A stretch of DNA of 64,000 bases, from NCBI GenBank assembly GCA_011364965.1, contig RDOB01000003.1, positions 272,939-336,938 of the forward strand. Reading direction: 5' to 3'. Below, in pieces: positions 61,257-64,000 of the stretch; the first letter of the stretch is position 1, and each line of letters starts with the position of its first letter. Origin of the DNA: Candidatus Heimdallarchaeota archaeon (lineage in GTDB: Archaea; Asgardarchaeota; Heimdallarchaeia; Hodarchaeales; Hodarchaeaceae). The notes beneath the pieces are model-generated. The model ran no database searches and was not told the DNA's origin. It saw only the letters and a list, made by a program, of their open reading frames with translations. Position numbers and translations under genes: made by a program.

Positions 61257-61855
61257 ATAAATCCTCCGATAATAGTTATTAATGGATTAAAATGATTTAT
61301 TACTAAGTTAGCAAAATTTATAGAAAATAAAAACCCACTGATTCTCACTATACAGGTATTGGCCTTGGAGTTATCGAATGATACATTTGCAAATCGTAAA
61401 ACACGTACTTTATTCGATTTTGGCCATGTATAATGTTTCACAGGATGATTAGAATAAATTGCTGTCCTACCAAGAGGAATCCCATCGGAATTGAAAGCAT
61501 CCAAAATTAAATGAGAAGTCCAGCTTAATATGAGCCCAGTTACTAGAGAATACCAAAGAGAATCGGAAAGATAATCAGCCAATGTGATTAATGGAAAAAA
61601 ATAAGAGAAAGTCCATGGAGAATGAGTTAAAGGATGACGATATCTTCTAGCAAACCGATGTTTAGCTAATTGAACCCCCTGATATTGTGCTGATGTGTTT
61701 GGAATGATATCTAGGATATTCGGGAGTATACTCGCTCCAGCAATAAATAATGAGCTGATAAATATAAACCATGAAAGAATCGGGTCCTTCAGGGCTAATA
61801 AATCATAAAGATTAATAATCCCAAGAGCAAAACAGTAATGAGTCTGATTTTTCAC
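61241..61855 (-). CDS. YdjM-like membrane metal-dependent hydrolase
   Basis: TH, 'S.LP..LD', 'RHPLTHS', 'SHLILD.F...GIP'. Confidence 0.78.
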   Translation of the reverse strand: MKNQTHYCFALGIINLYDLLALKDPILSWFIFISSLFIAGASILPNILDIIPNTSAQYQGVQLAKHRFARRYRHPLTHSPWTFSYFFPLITLADYLSDSLWYSLVTGLILSWTSHLILDAFNSDGIPLGRTAIYSNHPVKHYTWPKSNKVRVLRFANVSFDNSKANTCIVRISGFLFSINFANLVINHFNPLITIIGGFICVNQ

Positions 61856-61857
61856 TC

Positions 61858-64000
61858 CTACGACCTCCGTTTCTTATTAATTCTATTTCCAATTGCCACT
61901 AAGCTAGCAAATATGCTTCCTCCTAATCCTAGCTCTGCTAGTAAATTTGGATGATCAATTGACTCAGGTACCGAACTACTACTAGTAGAGATCGGGGAAG
62001 AATCTAAAGATGTACTTTCACTTTGATCAATGGTTACAGTTAATGCAGGCAGACTATATGTTTGCTGTTGACCTATATCATCAAATGCAACAATTTGTAG
62101 ATCATAAGTTCCTTCTTCTAACCAAAATTCAAAGGTATAGTGGGTAATATTATGAAATAAGGGATTAAGGGCAAGATCAGATATATAGAGAGTCACAGAA
62201 AAAATCTGAAAATCATCCTTGATTGGTATTTCAATTCTATAAAGAGCGCGTCCTGAAGCTATTTTTATGAGGGAAATAGTATGACTCCCGAAAATTGGAG
62301 GACTGTCTGTTGAGTTAAATACTAGGAATGTAGCGCTTGTAGCACCATAAATGTCGGTTGCATTTATAATAATAGTCCATACCGAATGATCAAGATTAGT
62401 AACTAAAAAACGCCAATTTTGAAAACTACCACTAATACTTTCATATAAAAGATCACCTTGAACTTCTTGTTGCAAGGAACCATTGGAAATCGCGAGTACA
62501 ACTGAATCTATTGAAGCATTCTGCTTTTCGACCCGTATTTCTAGTACAAAGTTGTCTCGGGTTGTAGAGAAAGATTCGACGGATATTATTGGAGTATACC
62601 ACTTGGATTGGTAATTTATGCAGGTAGAAGGTGTTTGATCCCAAGGATACCAAACAGAAAAATTAAAACTGTAATTTTGTGGATTAATTGGTAAAATAGT
62701 GACCCACCGGTTCCAAAATGCTTCATAAGATAGATCAACGGACGATGTCAGAAATGCTAGTTTGACATATTCAATTGGTAATGAGTTATCATCTACTTTC
62801 ACCCAAATTTCATAGTGATCATTTGCCCAATTCACATAGACTTCCTCAATTTTTGGGGGAGGAGGGAACCAGTTTAGTACAAATATCTCGAAGTCATATT
62901 CATCAAAAATTGTCTTGGCAATTAAACGCGCATTCCAAATTCCTGGTGAAGATAAAGAGAAATCTAAGGCATAAAATTTGTTAAAAGCATCCCATTCTAA
63001 GTCTTCCGTTCTCGAACCGTTAATCTCTAGCCAGAGTCTTTCAAAATTAGGATTGGGTAAAATTTGAGTTGTAAGATAAAAATTTCCTGCATTATCCAAA
63101 GATTGCATATTTGATTCAATTAGTAAATCAACTTTAGCTACAATCGCAAATTCGAGTGTTGCATGTTCTACATTTCCTGCTTCGTCATAAGCATAAACTG
63201 ATAATAGATATTCTCCTATTGACAAATTTAAGAAAAAAGGAGTTAAATACGTTTGGTTAAACATGTGAACACCAGTAATGCTATAAAGGATAGTACTACC
63301 ATCGGAATAAATATTAAGTAAGATTCCATCATGAAAAATTGAATGATATGGCGATTCTATGATTAAATTTGGAGGAATAGTATCTACACTAAAAAATGCC
63401 CTTTTTATAATGAAATTTCCAGCTAAATCGCTGCAAATTATTGTCAAGTTATGATGACCTTCATTAATATCATATAGATATTGATCTGAAACGGGATTAG
63501 GTAGCTCATTACCATCAAAAAATGCTCGTATTATGTCAGCATCAGTAAAAAATGTTATTTTTATGTCATTAGATGTGTAAGAGCTGTTCTGAGGATTGTT
63601 AAGATATAAAGAAGGAGCAGTAGTATCAACCTGAAATTCTGAAATAGCTGAACTAATTATTCCATATTCATTTTCGGCGAAAGCATTACATATGTAATTT
63701 CCTTGAGGTAAACTCCTATAAATAGGAGCTGTCCATGTTATATTTGAAACATCGACAGGTATTATGTGATACCAAAAATTTATAGCATCTCCCATTAACA
63801 TTACCTCCACAATAGAACCATATGTAATGTTCATGGGAGAAACAATCCTCAGATCCACTGGAATAGAGGTTATTTGAACTAAATCCTCCTCGCTTTTGGA
63901 TTCTAGATAATAATTCGTATCATCCAATGGAGTATGAACCATTATGCTGTATACCCCGGGTGTAGTCATCGCTAAGGTAAAATAATAGTGACCAGCTCCA
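61858..64000 (-). CDS. Large surface protein with Ig-like repeats, S/T-rich linker and C-terminal TM (5'-truncated by window)
   Basis: 'VDTTAP.L....P', 'D.AGN' repeats; S-rich linker; TM + KKRRS; frame remains open to the window edge. Confidence 0.8.
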   Translation of the reverse strand, partial: GAGHYYFTLAMTTPGVYSIMVHTPLDDTNYYLESKSEEDLVQITSIPVDLRIVSPMNITYGSIVEVMLMGDAINFWYHIIPVDVSNITWTAPIYRSLPQGNYICNAFAENEYGIISSAISEFQVDTTAPSLYLNNPQNSSYTSNDIKITFFTDADIIRAFFDGNELPNPVSDQYLYDINEGHHNLTIICSDLAGNFIIKRAFFSVDTIPPNLIIESPYHSIFHDGILLNIYSDGSTILYSITGVHMFNQTYLTPFFLNLSIGEYLLSVYAYDEAGNVEHATLEFAIVAKVDLLIESNMQSLDNAGNFYLTTQILPNPNFERLWLEINGSRTEDLEWDAFNKFYALDFSLSSPGIWNARLIAKTIFDEYDFEIFVLNWFPPPPKIEEVYVNWANDHYEIWVKVDDNSLPIEYVKLAFLTSSVDLSYEAFWNRWVTILPINPQNYSFNFSVWYPWDQTPSTCINYQSKWYTPIISVESFSTTRDNFVLEIRVEKQNASIDSVVLAISNGSLQQEVQGDLLYESISGSFQNWRFLVTNLDHSVWTIIINATDIYGATSATFLVFNSTDSPPIFGSHTISLIKIASGRALYRIEIPIKDDFQIFSVTLYISDLALNPLFHNITHYTFEFWLEEGTYDLQIVAFDDIGQQQTYSLPALTVTIDQSESTSLDSSPISTSSSSVPESIDHPNLLAELGLGGSIFASLVAIGNRINKKRRS

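Noticed and set aside
1-64000. tRNA, rRNA or IS elements
   Set aside because: No GC-rich cloverleaf or rRNA-like segment and no transposase motif recognised by eye; tRNAscan-SE/Infernal/ISEScan would be needed to exclude them formally

Overview
AT-rich (roughly one-third GC by eye), gene-dense archaeal chromosomal segment. It is most likely from an Asgard archaeon (Heimdallarchaeia/Hodarchaeales-like). This assignment is inferred from a geranylgeranyl reductase, archaeal PGI/PMI, a RadB-like ATPase, an Asgard-type longin-like domain, V4R proteins and N-glycosylation-rich Ig/WD40 surface proteins. About 45 intact CDSs are present, mostly housekeeping or metabolic: MFS transporter, Mrp/ApbC, M16 peptidase pair, GH13 glucosidase, HypD, CitF, citryl-CoA lyase, HtpG, FprA, acyl-CoA dehydrogenase, Tmk, parvulin, LeuA-like synthase, and a rubredoxin missed by the ORF track. 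There are also several pseudogene remnants. No tRNA, rRNA, CRISPR array or transposase was recognised. Best candidates for undescribed biology: (i) three paralogous small winged-helix/coiled-coil-like proteins at 8.2-10.8 kb; (ii) a receptor-like WD40 + Ca-repeat + TM + RING-like zinc-finger protein; (iii) a run of apparent pseudoenzymes (dead hydrolase, dead Cas4-like nuclease, dead zinc protease) between a GIY-YIG nuclease and a RadB-like pair; (iv) divergent citF and citryl-CoA lyase with no citD/citE nearby; (v) a wHTH + AAA ATPase pair; (vi) a thioredoxin-V4R-V4R fusion. All family calls come from motif recognition by eye, without database searches.
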